This document shows, piece after piece, positions 28,142 to 36,741 of a stretch of 64,000 nt of DNA; position 1 is the stretch's first letter; each line of letters starts with the position of its first letter. Below the pieces are notes generated by a model. It was not told where the DNA came from and made no database searches. It saw nothing but the letters and a program-made list of their open reading frames with translations. Origin of the DNA: a virus; the IMG/VR virus record IMGVR_UViG_3300037882_001264, positions 1-64,000 of that record, one strand, 5' to 3'. A program made the translations under genes and the position numbers.

Positions 28142-28915
28142 TCAGTTACCCGCCCAGGGCTTGCGGTGCCTGGCCGAGGTGGGCCAGGGGTCGTTCGGGA
28201 AAGCGACGTCATCCGCTGTCAGCGGGCGGTTGGGGAACCGGTCACGCTGGTCGAGGTCGGCCGTGGACCACTGCGCAGGCTCGGTGCTGGCAACTGCGTC
28301 ATCCAGCCAGGACAGGAACTCATCGAGCGTGAGCGTGGGCTGCTCCGGAGGGGGCACCAGGGTGGCCCAGGGCACCTCCGGCAGGCTGTCGAGCACGAAC
28401 TCGTGGCGCCCACCGCTGAGGGTCTGCAACTCGATCTTGCTGAGGGCGAACTCACCGGCCTCGGCGTATGTGAAGGGGCCGTACGAGCGGACGTACTTGC
28501 CCTTGCGCGTGGTCTCGATGACCAGCGTGTCCTCGGCGACCTTCACCACAGGAGCGGGCTCAGGCTCGGGCTCAGGCGTGCGGTACTCGTCGATGGTCGC
28601 GTGGTACTTGTCGCGCCACCGAATGGCGGCCTCGATCCACTGAGTGGTGCCCTTCACGTCGGCATCGTGGTTGATCCAGTCCGAAGCGTTGGCGATGATG
28701 CCCCAGGCCACCTCCAGTTGTTCGAGGAGTGGGCTGATCTGCTCGATGAAGATATCCCCCAACTCCTCACCGATCTGCTTGGCGAGGGCATCCATGAAGA
28801 CGCCATCCTTGTCCCAGCAGACGCTGGCAGCCCCTAGGGCCTGGTAGATCATGTCCTGGACGGTGTCATCGTCACCGGGGACGAGGATGCGCTCGGTGAT
28901 CTGGTCGGTGGTCAC
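28142..28915 (-). CDS. Hypothetical multi-module protein
   Basis: YQALGAASVCW...GVF and LEVAWGIIANAS modules common in actinophages. Confidence 0.65.
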   Translation of the reverse strand: MTTDQITERILVPGDDDTVQDMIYQALGAASVCWDKDGVFMDALAKQIGEELGDIFIEQISPLLEQLEVAWGIIANASDWINHDADVKGTTQWIEAAIRWRDKYHATIDEYRTPEPEPEPAPVVKVAEDTLVIETTRKGKYVRSYGPFTYAEAGEFALSKIELQTLSGGRHEFVLDSLPEVPWATLVPPPEQPTLTLDEFLSWLDDAVASTEPAQWSTADLDQRDRFPNRPLTADDVAFPNDPWPTSARHRKPWAGN

Positions 28916-29193
28916 TTCTTCCTCCGGTTGATCTTGCGGGACTGCTTGGCGGACTTGCTCTTGGCGCGGCGCTTGGCCAGTTGCTCCGGGCGAGCACGCA
29001 TCGCATGGTTGTGAGTACCCGCGAGAAACGGCTCAGTGGCCCCCGTGGGACCGAGGAGTACTGGCGGGCCGTTGAGGAGAAGCGAGATCGCCTCGGCCTC
29101 AGTGAGACCAGCGCCCTCGATGAGGTCGGCAATCATCTCCTCATCAGTGGCTAACTCTCCTGGCTGGAATACCAGGTCGTTATCCCCGTTCAC
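28912..29193 (-). CDS. Hypothetical protein with basic C-terminus
   Basis: GTGA overlap; ends KRRAKSKSAKQSRKINRRKK. Confidence 0.55.
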   Translation of the reverse strand: MNGDNDLVFQPGELATDEEMIADLIEGAGLTEAEAISLLLNGPPVLLGPTGATEPFLAGTHNHAMRARPEQLAKRRAKSKSAKQSRKINRRKK

Positions 29194-29888
29194 GGGTGAC
29201 CGCAGATGGATGCGTAGGACTTGGGACCGACGATGCCGTCCGGAGTCCAGAGCCACGGGCGGGCCTTCTGGTAGTTCCGAACCCACTGGACCGGGTTGCC
29301 CCCCTCGGAGGTGGAGGACACGTCGGTGTACCACTTGTGGCCGAGCGTCGAGTTGATCGGGTCGTAGCCGCGACGTCGGTTGATGGAGCGAAGCAGTTCA
29401 TCGACGTCCTCGCCCACCATGCCGGGCTTGATCGTGCGGTACCACTTGACCGGCACGGACGGGTACGAGTTACCCATCGGGCGCGGACGGGGATCGTAGG
29501 TGAGGACTTCGAGCGTCAGCGCGCCAGTCCCCCACGGCGAGTTCTTCAGCGCGATGGCCGTGTCCTTGGCCGACTGGCCCAGGCGGATCTGGCGCAGCAG
29601 TTCGGGGTACTTGCCGTTCTGGAGCGTCTTGGACGTCGCGGCGACTCCGTCCTGCCACGTCGCGTAGTTGTAGACGCTCATCTCGGCACCGTTGCCAGCA
29701 GTGAACAGGTTGAACTTGGTGGCGTTCGGGAGCGGCAGGGTCGTGGCGAACGGGTTGAACGTCGCCATGCAGCCCTCAGCCTGCGCCCATGCGCGGAGGT
29801 AGAGGTCGTTCTGCTTGTTGAACGGGGCGTCGAGCGCGTAGCACAAGCGCTTGGCCCAGGATGTGGTGTAGACGGTGCGGGCGGTCAT
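29190..29888 (-). CDS. Peptidoglycan hydrolase (lysozyme-like domain plus peptidoglycan-binding domain); endolysin candidate
   Basis: AWAQAEG...NPFATT...Y.TWQDGVAAT..TL..G.Y...SPWGT catalytic pattern; C-terminal IKPGMVGEDV...DGIVGPKS PG-binding motif. Confidence 0.7.
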   Translation of the reverse strand: MTARTVYTTSWAKRLCYALDAPFNKQNDLYLRAWAQAEGCMATFNPFATTLPLPNATKFNLFTAGNGAEMSVYNYATWQDGVAATSKTLQNGKYPELLRQIRLGQSAKDTAIALKNSPWGTGALTLEVLTYDPRPRPMGNSYPSVPVKWYRTIKPGMVGEDVDELLRSINRRRGYDPINSTLGHKWYTDVSSTSEGGNPVQWVRNYQKARPWLWTPDGIVGPKSYASICGHP

Positions 29889-29916
29889 TGGGTCTCCTCC
29901 GGGAGAGTGGGTGTGA

Positions 29917-30108
29917 TCACGGGGCGATCTTGCCAGATGCCTGGGCGGATCGCAACCCGGTTCCGAGATACTTGCCCAACTCACCGAGGGTGGTGAACCG
30001 GGGGCGCTCGTCTGATGCGTTGTGGCCGACAGCCAGCAGGAAGCCGAGGTGGTCCATCATCTCTGCTGGACTGTCGTACCGCCTGGCGATGACGATGGTC
30101 TTCATCAT
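29917..30108 (-). CDS. Hypothetical protein
   Basis: Coupled ORF. Confidence 0.45.
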   Translation of the reverse strand: MMKTIVIARRYDSPAEMMDHLGFLLAVGHNASDERPRFTTLGELGKYLGTGLRSAQASGKIAP

Positions 30109-30308
30109 GCGTCACGCACCGGGTAGATCATGCCTGAGGCCAGGCGCGGGAGGACGTAGTCATCCATGGTCCAGCCGTGCGAGTCGACGCCCTCGATGGT
30201 GACGACACCACTGGGGTGCTCGGCGACAACCTTGTAGTTCTCGGGCAGGTAGCGCGCGACGGTGCTCGCCTTTGCGCCCTTGACGTTGGCGGTCTTGACT
30301 TCGGCCAT
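30105..30308 (-). CDS. Conserved actinophage small protein
   Basis: YLPENY...IEGVD.HGWT.DDYVLPRLASG motif. Confidence 0.65.
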   Translation of the reverse strand: MAEVKTANVKGAKASTVARYLPENYKVVAEHPSGVVTIEGVDSHGWTMDDYVLPRLASGMIYPVRDA

Positions 30309-30313
30309 GATGA

Positions 30314-30892
30314 TCAGTTCTCCTTCGCGGCGGTGTAGTTCAGGGACAGGTCGATGTGGCTGGTGACGACGCCGTTGAAGTGCATGTCGACCCAGGAGCC
30401 GTCGATGGCCTTCTCAAGGCGCAGCGCAGAGGGGCTGTGAGCCTCGGTGCCGATGCTCGGCGTGATGCAGGTGCCAGCGGGGAGTGCGTTGAGGTCCTCG
30501 ATCGACTTGATCTCCACGGTGGGCTTGCGGACGGCGGCGTAGTAGTGGAACTGGTCGGTGGTCACGGCCTGGATCCAGAGGGCGTCGGCAGCCTCGCGGT
30601 CCCCATCAGTCTCGATCATGAGGACGGCCAGGGCCATCTCCTGGAGGGCGGCGAGGGATGACGAGTGGGCAGCGACCTCGTTACCCTCTTGCCCGAGCAC
30701 GTCCACGTAGGAGATCGTGCGGCCCGGGGCGACGCCCTGCTTCAGCGACTCGCGGGCATCCTTGACGCGGCCCTCGACACCAGCGAGTGCACGGCCCAGG
30801 CTGGAGGCAATGCGGTTGGCCTGGTTGAGCAGAACGGCGGCGGCCTGGGTGTTGACCAGGGCCTGGCGGTTGGCTGCGTGGGTGGTAGTCAC
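30314..30892 (-). CDS. Hypothetical protein
   Basis: AGGAG RBS before GTG. Confidence 0.65.
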   Translation of the reverse strand: MTTTHAANRQALVNTQAAAVLLNQANRIASSLGRALAGVEGRVKDARESLKQGVAPGRTISYVDVLGQEGNEVAAHSSSLAALQEMALAVLMIETDGDREAADALWIQAVTTDQFHYYAAVRKPTVEIKSIEDLNALPAGTCITPSIGTEAHSPSALRLEKAIDGSWVDMHFNGVVTSHIDLSLNYTAAKEN

Positions 30893-30906
30893 GGTGTCTC
30901 CTGAGT

Positions 30907-30979
30907 GTCTCTGGCGGCTGATGGGTAGAACAATACGCTTATGCTGAGCAGGTGTCAAGCACCTGAGCGAAGTTTCTTT
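30907..30979 (-). promoter_or_regulatory. SigA-type early promoter with conserved upstream element and CCGCCAGAGAC leader
   Basis: AAAGAAACTTCGCTCAGGTGC-TTGACA-17-TATTGT. Confidence 0.8.
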
Positions 30980-31233
30980 CAGACGCCAGCGATGTCCCTA
31001 GCCTCAACCGCCTGACATCGGAAGACGATAGAGATCAGGTCGAGGAGGGCCTCCTCGCGGGTACGGACGAATCGCGTGTGGCCAATGCCGAACTTCACCA
31101 TGTCACGGACTGCGGCCCACTGGTTAGACCTGCCCTCGATGAAGCCGATGCTTTCGCCATTCAGGAAGACCTCCTGCTTCGAGGTCTCCATCGTGCGGTT
31201 CTTGCTGACAGTCACAAGGCGGACGTTGCTCAC
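30979..31233 (-). CDS. Hypothetical protein
   Basis: AGGAG RBS before GTG. Confidence 0.6.
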   Translation of the reverse strand: MSNVRLVTVSKNRTMETSKQEVFLNGESIGFIEGRSNQWAAVRDMVKFGIGHTRFVRTREEALLDLISIVFRCQAVEARDIAGV

Positions 31234-31246
31234 GATGTCTCCTAGA

Positions 31247-31318
31247 GTCTCTGGCGGGTACGAGTAGAACAATACACGCCCGCCAGATGCGCGTCAAGTA
31301 CCTGAGCGAAGTTTCTTT
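31247..31318 (-). promoter_or_regulatory. SigA-type early promoter with conserved upstream element and CCCGCCAGAGAC leader
   Basis: AAAGAAACTTCGCTCAGGTAC-TTGACG-17-TATTGT. Confidence 0.8.
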
Positions 31319-31599
31319 CAGCGATCTTCGATCTCGCTGGCCTGCTTCTCCCAGCGCCGGATCGAGTCGTCGAGGTAGTCGTGCATGGCGTCCTCGGGGT
31401 ACAGGCCATCCTTCTCGGTGCGATCGATCTCAGCGGAGCGCAGACAGCCATCCTTGCCGACGCCCACGTAGGGCTCACGACGAGCGAAGCCCTGCTCCAT
31501 CTCCACGATGCGCCGGACCTCCTTGGCCATCTCGGTGTAGTGCTCGTCGTTGCCCTGCGGATCGATGCGATCACGCAGGTAGCGAGTCAGCAGGCTCAT
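31318..31599 (-). CDS. Hypothetical protein
   Basis: Coupled ORF. Confidence 0.6.
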   Translation of the reverse strand: MSLLTRYLRDRIDPQGNDEHYTEMAKEVRRIVEMEQGFARREPYVGVGKDGCLRSAEIDRTEKDGLYPEDAMHDYLDDSIRRWEKQASEIEDR

Positions 31600-31847
31600 G
31601 ACTTGTCCTCCACTTCGATGAAGCCGATGATGAACTCACGCACGCCGAGGTAGGTCCAGGTCAGGGGCCAGATGACCGCTCCGGCGACACCGATCATGAT
31701 CGACTCATCACGGTCAAAGTCCTTGGTGTCTTGCCTCGTGTATTGGTCCCACGAGCGCTTGCTGTCGGCGTAGAGCCTCAGGGCGAACCTGGGGGCAGAC
31801 CAGGCCACCCCACAGCAGTAGATGAGGAGGAACAGCCAGGCGCTCAT
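31596..31847 (-). CDS. Small membrane protein
   Basis: Two hydrophobic segments, IWPL motif. Confidence 0.6.
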   Translation of the reverse strand: MSAWLFLLIYCCGVAWSAPRFALRLYADSKRSWDQYTRQDTKDFDRDESIMIGVAGAVIWPLTWTYLGVREFIIGFIEVEDKS

Positions 31848-31848
31848 G

Positions 31849-32748
31849 TCAGGCCCCCAATGCCGTGCGTGAGCCGGAGATGGCGCCCTGCGAGCCGATG
31901 CGGGCGTTGGCGCCAGCAGTGTGGCCAGCAGAGCGAGCGGCGCTGGAGGAGGAACTGGAGCGCCCACCCTTCCAAGAACCACGGGCGGTCGAGGCGCTCT
32001 TGTAGAAGTCCTTGACCTCCAGGTCGCGGCTGACCAGTGCCAGCGCGGTGCCGGTCTGAGCCTGCTCGGCGTCCTGGGACTCGACGGCACTGGTGCCGAC
32101 GATCAGGTCCTCGGCCTGCTCGGCCTCCTCGCGAGCGTTGCGGACGATCTCGCGGATGCGGTCCTCGATCTTCGAGGTGAAGCCCCGGTAGAACGAGCGA
32201 CGAGCCACAGCGCCGTGCACGGGGGCCTCGACGGTCTCGTAGTGGGAGAAGTAGCGCTGGGGGCGCCCGTAGTAGTTCTCCTCGGTGACGTAGATGGCCT
32301 TGCGCTTGCGGACGGTCTCCTGCTTGAAGACGCCGGACTTGATGTAGTCGTCGCCATCACGGGTCATCTGGATGACCAGCGAGGAGTACAGGGCCGAGAC
32401 CATGTCGATGTCGCTGGGGAAGCCGTAGGCGATGACGTAGGTGGAGTTGTGAGCGATGTCGATCTTGACCCCGTTCGGGCCAGCGATGGCGCTGAACAGG
32501 TTGACGCGGTCGGCGAGGTAGCGCTCGCGGTACTTGCCGGGGGTCGAGAGGCTGATGCGACGACGCTCGGGGGTCTCGCGGACCTCCTTGGTCTTCTGGT
32601 GCATGCGAGCCACGGCGAGGTCGATCGAGTTGGTCGCGGCGAGGTGCTGGGCCTTCGCGAAGTAGGCCTCGGCCTCAGCGGCGTTGTCGGTGTTCTCGGC
32701 CTTGCTCAGGAGGGCGCTGATCTTGTCGAGCGTCTTGCTGGCGGACAT
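31849..32748 (-). CDS. DUF2786-domain protein (Rv0184-like)
   Basis: LDKISALLSKAE...EAEAYFAKAQ.L...SID N-terminal signature. Confidence 0.85.
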   Translation of the reverse strand: MSASKTLDKISALLSKAENTDNAAEAEAYFAKAQHLAATNSIDLAVARMHQKTKEVRETPERRRISLSTPGKYRERYLADRVNLFSAIAGPNGVKIDIAHNSTYVIAYGFPSDIDMVSALYSSLVIQMTRDGDDYIKSGVFKQETVRKRKAIYVTEENYYGRPQRYFSHYETVEAPVHGAVARRSFYRGFTSKIEDRIREIVRNAREEAEQAEDLIVGTSAVESQDAEQAQTGTALALVSRDLEVKDFYKSASTARGSWKGGRSSSSSSAARSAGHTAGANARIGSQGAISGSRTALGA

Positions 32749-32784
32749 CTGATGCTCCTAGTTGTCTCGTGGTGTGATGAGAGA

Positions 32785-32813
32785 AGTGTACGGGATGGAT
32801 GGGTGGGTGTCAA
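32785..32813 (-). promoter_or_regulatory. SigA-type promoter
   Basis: TTGACA-17-TACACT. Confidence 0.75.
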
Positions 32814-32818
32814 GCAGG

Positions 32819-33544
32819 TCAGGCGGTCTTCTCGACCGGCTCTCCGAAGCGCACGGCCTTGTCTTCACCGTAGACCTGGCAGTAGAGCGCGATGTAGTCG
32901 AGGACCTCCTGCTTGGTCTCGAAGCCAAGAGGCTTGCGGGCACCGTCGAAGTAGACCTCCCAGGTGGTGCGCACGGGGTACGCAGCCTGGATGGCAGCGA
33001 TCTTCTCGGCAACGATCCGGGCCTTCTCCACTGCGATCTCTGAGGCGTAGCGAGCCAGGATGATGTCGGTGGCCTCAGACTTGGCCTCCCAGTCAGAGCG
33101 CTCAATGAGGTAGGCGCGAGTGGCAGCGTGCGCACCGAGGGCCGAGGCAGCAGTGCGGACGGCCTCCAGGCGGGTGGCCACGGCCTGGCGCTCATCGTTG
33201 CGCTGCTTGATCTCGGCGACCGTGGCGGCGTCGGTGACGTACACACCCTTCTTGGTGTAGCGGTAGGAGCCGCTCGACTCACGGTCGGCGATGTTTGTGA
33301 GATCGATGTCGGGCAGGGCGCTGAGGTTCAGGCGCGACTTCTTGCCATAGCGGGCGTTACCCGTGATGGACTTGTCGGAGATCTTGACGACCGTGGCGGT
33401 CACCCCGACCGAGCCATTCCAGCCATCAGTGACGCTGTACTCGATGCGGTCGCCGACCTCAAGGGGGCGGAAGGAGTGGTCATCGTTGAGGACAACGGGG
33501 ATCTCGCTGTTGACATCGAAGTAGAGTTGGCCCTTGGCGGTCAT
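32819..33544 (-). CDS. Hypothetical protein
   Basis: AGGAG RBS after promoter. Confidence 0.7.
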   Translation of the reverse strand: MTAKGQLYFDVNSEIPVVLNDDHSFRPLEVGDRIEYSVTDGWNGSVGVTATVVKISDKSITGNARYGKKSRLNLSALPDIDLTNIADRESSGSYRYTKKGVYVTDAATVAEIKQRNDERQAVATRLEAVRTAASALGAHAATRAYLIERSDWEAKSEATDIILARYASEIAVEKARIVAEKIAAIQAAYPVRTTWEVYFDGARKPLGFETKQEVLDYIALYCQVYGEDKAVRFGEPVEKTA

Positions 33545-33564
33545 GGTGTCTCCTAGAGTCTTGG

Positions 33565-33634
33565 CTGGCGGGCTGACAGGTAGAACAATACGCGCTCGTC
33601 AAGCAGGTGTCAAGTACCTGAGCGAAGTTTCTTT
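33565..33634 (-). promoter_or_regulatory. SigA-type early promoter with conserved upstream element and CCCGCCAG leader
   Basis: AAAGAAACTTCGCTCAGGTAC-TTGACA-17-TATTGT. Confidence 0.8.
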
Positions 33635-33642
33635 GGCGAGTT

Positions 33643-34149
33643 TCAGGCGGCGCATCCGCAGTGCTCGACCTTGACACCGTCGAGGTGGCAGTGGTAGGCG
33701 AAGATCAGCGCGGCCTCGGGGCCCATGAAGGTGCGGAGCAGGAACTCCAGCGCGCCGACGAACTTGGGCCCGTGCTGCTCGCCGAACGCGAGGTGGTGGG
33801 CGATCTCGTGGAGAACGACGATCTCACGCATGGCCCAGTTCTCACCGAGCCGGTGGGCGACGTGGATCGCGATCTCACCGGCCTGGTAGTGAGCGAACTT
33901 GTTGGCCTTGCGCTGGCGGACCCGGATCGGGCGGCTCGCCATGGTGTAGGCGGCCTGGACGTCCTCATGGGCCAGCACACGGTCGACGTAGACCTGGACG
34001 GCTGCGAGGTTGCCGAAGCGCTTCTCGGTCGAGGGCACCACGACGGTGCTGCCGAAGGCCTCGTACATCGGGTAGTCGAGGGCCTCATCGAAGATCTTGC
34101 GCACGGCCTGCTCGGCGGCGTAGACCTTGGACTTCTGGTAGTCCCTCAC
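33643..34149 (-). CDS. HEXXH metallohydrolase (TIGR04338/Rv0185-like)
   Basis: RD.QKSKVYAAE...WAMREIVVLHEIAHH...HGPKF. Confidence 0.85.
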   Translation of the reverse strand: MRDYQKSKVYAAEQAVRKIFDEALDYPMYEAFGSTVVVPSTEKRFGNLAAVQVYVDRVLAHEDVQAAYTMASRPIRVRQRKANKFAHYQAGEIAIHVAHRLGENWAMREIVVLHEIAHHLAFGEQHGPKFVGALEFLLRTFMGPEAALIFAYHCHLDGVKVEHCGCAA

Positions 34150-34325
34150 TTGGCACCCCGCTCGATATTGGCGGGACCGGCCGGATGGCAGGGGCACTGG
34201 CAGGTCCACTGCGAGTAGATGCCCATGCTGAAGGTGTAGACGTGCTTGCAGTTGCCGTGCGACTTGGACTTGGGGTCTGCGTTGCAGAAGCCAGTGATGC
34301 TGCTGGCGGTTCGTTCCTTGCTCAT
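34146..34325 (-). CDS. Small Cys/His protein
   Basis: GFC...HGNC...CQCPCH. Confidence 0.6.
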   Translation of the reverse strand: MSKERTASSITGFCNADPKSKSHGNCKHVYTFSMGIYSQWTCQCPCHPAGPANIERGAK

Positions 34326-34340
34326 GAGCGACTCCTGGGT

Positions 34341-34391
34341 GTCTCCGGCGGGTACCAGGGAAGTGTACCCGATGAGACACCCAAGAGTCAA
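34341..34391 (-). promoter_or_regulatory. SigA-type early promoter plus CCCGCCGGAGAC leader
   Basis: TTGACT-18-TACACT. Confidence 0.7.
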
Positions 34392-34408
34392 GCCTTCGGC
34401 GTGTCGGT

Positions 34409-34690
34409 CTAGTAGCCGAACCCCTGAATGGCCTCGATGTGCAGGGCCACCCTGCTACCCACTGTGTAGATATCGGTCTCGGCGAGATCGAAGTGGACGT
34501 AGGGCCCGCTGATCACCGGCTTGCTCTTCAGGCTGGTGAGGTACTTCCCCGTAGCGGTAACGAACCACCGGATCTGGTTGGCCTCGATCACCTCGGCTAG
34601 CGGAGTGGTGAACGGGGACCAGAGGTCCTCCTGGACATGCACGATCTCAGGCTCTTCGCCATTCAGCGGGTTGACAACTTGCTCGGTCAT
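34409..34690 (-). CDS. Hypothetical protein
   Basis: ATGA overlap start MTEQVV. Confidence 0.6.
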   Translation of the reverse strand: MTEQVVNPLNGEEPEIVHVQEDLWSPFTTPLAEVIEANQIRWFVTATGKYLTSLKSKPVISGPYVHFDLAETDIYTVGSRVALHIEAIQGFGY

Positions 34691-34908
34691 GCGGATTGCT
34701 CCCTCTTGGTGTTGGTGATAACCCAGTGCCGTGTTTGGCCCAGGCGGGCTTGAATGTCGACTACCTTCATACCGTGCTCCCAGCGAAGGTGGCGGGCCTG
34801 CTCGACCAGCAGGCGGTGGATGCCTTCCACGCACCCCTGGATCGTGTTGAAGGTGTTCGCCGAGGCGTACGGATCAGTCCAACTTAGAGGGCGGGGGAGT
34901 TCATACAT
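34687..34908 (-). CDS. Small HTH DNA-binding protein
   Basis: HLRWEHGMKVVDIQARLGQTRHWV helix-turn-helix pattern. Confidence 0.55.
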   Translation of the reverse strand: MYELPRPLSWTDPYASANTFNTIQGCVEGIHRLLVEQARHLRWEHGMKVVDIQARLGQTRHWVITNTKREQSA

Positions 34909-35254
34909 CGTCCCCACCGGCCCCGATCTCGACCTCGGGCTTGATCTTGGGTGACGGCGCGTCGAAGATGGTGAAGAGGTCGTCGTACCCAGAGAGGTAC
35001 GACCAGTCGACACCGGAGCCCCCAAGCGGCACTGAACTGGCTGCATACCACCAACCGTCCGTGCCGCGCACGTAGGGCTGGCCGCCTGCGAGCACAACCG
35101 ACTTGGGGTGGGGTTGTCGAGGCATCACTACCTCGAAGGAGTGCACCTTGCAGGGCACGCCCTCGAAGAGCAGCGGGCGCTCTTCATCACCGAGGATGCG
35201 GACGCGATCGTCCTCCTCGATCTCCATCTCCAGTGTGACGTGGTAGGTCCTCAT
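34901..35254 (-). CDS. Hypothetical protein
   Basis: Coupled ORF; distant PxxVV...W module. Confidence 0.6.
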   Translation of the reverse strand: MRTYHVTLEMEIEEDDRVRILGDEERPLLFEGVPCKVHSFEVVMPRQPHPKSVVLAGGQPYVRGTDGWWYAASSVPLGGSGVDWSYLSGYDDLFTIFDAPSPKIKPEVEIGAGGDDV

Positions 35255-35484
35255 GCTGCGACCCCGCAGTTGATTCGGCCGAGGTGGTCGACGTAGGTGA
35301 CGGTGCGCTCGGCGTCATTGAGCACCACGGGGAAGACGACGTGATGGCATGAGGGGCACTTGGAGTGCTTGATGTCGCGGGGCTCGATGCCGAGCGAGCG
35401 CAGGTAGCGCGAGCGGTTGTAGGGCTCACGCTTGGGCCTAGCGACCTGCTGAGCGCGCTTGGCGGGATTGCCTGACCTACCCAT
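35251..35484 (-). CDS. Small zinc-ribbon protein
   Basis: MGRSGNPAKRA start; CPSCH. Confidence 0.6.
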   Translation of the reverse strand: MGRSGNPAKRAQQVARPKREPYNRSRYLRSLGIEPRDIKHSKCPSCHHVVFPVVLNDAERTVTYVDHLGRINCGVAA

Positions 35485-35779
35485 TGATGATCGGCTTGTT
35501 CAGGTCGTCATCGACGTGAGTGACGCCGTGCTCAGCGTCGATCTCAAGGTGGACGTCGCGGCGGATGTCGCTGCGGATCTTGGGCAGCAGGACCTTCTTG
35601 AAGAAGAGTCCCCAGACCAGGAACAGCAGGACGAAGTCGATGAAGACCGTGAAGGTCAGTTCGGCAAGGATGTGGGCGGGATCGAAGGCGACACCGAGGT
35701 AGTCCTCCCAGAGGGGGATCCCTTCAGCATGCTCTTCCGCTTGCTCTGCGCTGGCGCTCAGGGCGCTGGTGAATGTCAT
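35477..35779 (-). CDS. Membrane protein (probably leaderless)
   Basis: TM segment; DPAH.LAE...D.EHG motif. Confidence 0.65.
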   Translation of the reverse strand: MTFTSALSASAEQAEEHAEGIPLWEDYLGVAFDPAHILAELTFTVFIDFVLLFLVWGLFFKKVLLPKIRSDIRRDVHLEIDAEHGVTHVDDDLNKPIING

Positions 35780-35786
35780 GCGCCAC

Positions 35787-35815
35787 AGCGTAGTCCACTG
35801 CGGCTAGGGTGTCAA
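35787..35815 (-). promoter_or_regulatory. SigA-type promoter
   Basis: TTGACA-17-TACGCT, ATG 8 nt downstream. Confidence 0.7.
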
Positions 35816-35816
35816 C

Positions 35817-36308
35817 TCAGAACGGCTGACCCTTGACGGTGAAGAGCGGGCCCTTCACTGGTCCTACGCATTCGGGGAACGGCGTCGGATTCTCGGTGCA
35901 TGCCGTCACAGTGATCTGGTACTTACCGTTCGGCAGGTTCGACGGGATGATGATCCGCGTGCGGTCGGGCTCGCCGCAATAGGGCTCAGTGAGCACGTAG
36001 GAGCGAGACTGCAAGGTCGTGGACACTGAGCCCAGGACTGTGCCGTCCTCGCCCGTGGGGAAGATGAAGGTGGCCTTGATCTCGGCGGTCGTCTTGCCCA
36101 CGGGGATGCAGACCTTAGGCAGCGACCAGGAGACTTCCGTACCGACCTCCTGCGGGGCCAGCAGTGGGAGGTCCTGCGGGGCCTCGATCACGCTCACCTT
36201 GGGGTAGGGCTTGTTCAGCCAGATCCCGAAGGCGACCACGAGCAGGAGGAAGACTACTCCCGAAACGAGAGTGGCCCACTTCTTGGCGCTATCGAGGCGG
36301 TCCATCAT
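35817..36308 (-). CDS. N-terminally anchored extracytoplasmic protein (possible lysis accessory)
   Basis: One TM helix then a Cys-containing beta domain. Confidence 0.6.
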   Translation of the reverse strand: MMDRLDSAKKWATLVSGVVFLLLVVAFGIWLNKPYPKVSVIEAPQDLPLLAPQEVGTEVSWSLPKVCIPVGKTTAEIKATFIFPTGEDGTVLGSVSTTLQSRSYVLTEPYCGEPDRTRIIIPSNLPNGKYQITVTACTENPTPFPECVGPVKGPLFTVKGQPF

Positions 36309-36629
36309 CTACTTACCCAATCCCTGTTGTACCAGCCATACAATGATGCTGAAGAGGGCTGTGACTGCGGCACCGACAAATAGCCGGTAGGTCCAGACGG
36401 CAGAGGGGTTCTTGGAGACCTTGTCCTCTTCGAGTTGGTCGATCCGGTCGTGGAGCGCCCGGACCTGCTGGATCCGCTGGCGCTCGATGAACAGCAGATC
36501 GTCTCGGACTGTGGCGAGTTCCCGAAGAGCCTCTTCAGGGTTGGCCTCACCGCCGCTGACGATCCTTTGCCAGCGGTCCCGGGCATCGTCAAGCCGGGCA
36601 ATGGTCGGATCGACCGAGTAGTCTGCCAT
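36309..36629 (-). CDS. Coiled-coil plus C-terminal TM protein (holin/XhlA-like candidate)
   Basis: LHDRIDQLE heptads and hydrophobic C-terminus; directly after a late-type promoter. Confidence 0.5.
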   Translation of the reverse strand: MADYSVDPTIARLDDARDRWQRIVSGGEANPEEALRELATVRDDLLFIERQRIQQVRALHDRIDQLEEDKVSKNPSAVWTYRLFVGAAVTALFSIIVWLVQQGLGK

Positions 36630-36657
36630 CTGAGCCCCTGCTTCGATCGGAGTGCCG

Positions 36658-36696
36658 CTCTACCCATTAGGTGCGGTTCGTGTGGGGGAGGACATG
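36658..36696 (-). promoter_or_regulatory. Phage-specific (late-type) promoter
   Basis: CATGT-22 nt-TAATGGGTAGAG. Confidence 0.6.
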
Positions 36697-36741
36697 ATCG
36701 ATTCAGGCGATTCGCCCGGTTCGGTGCCTGCCCCTCCATGA

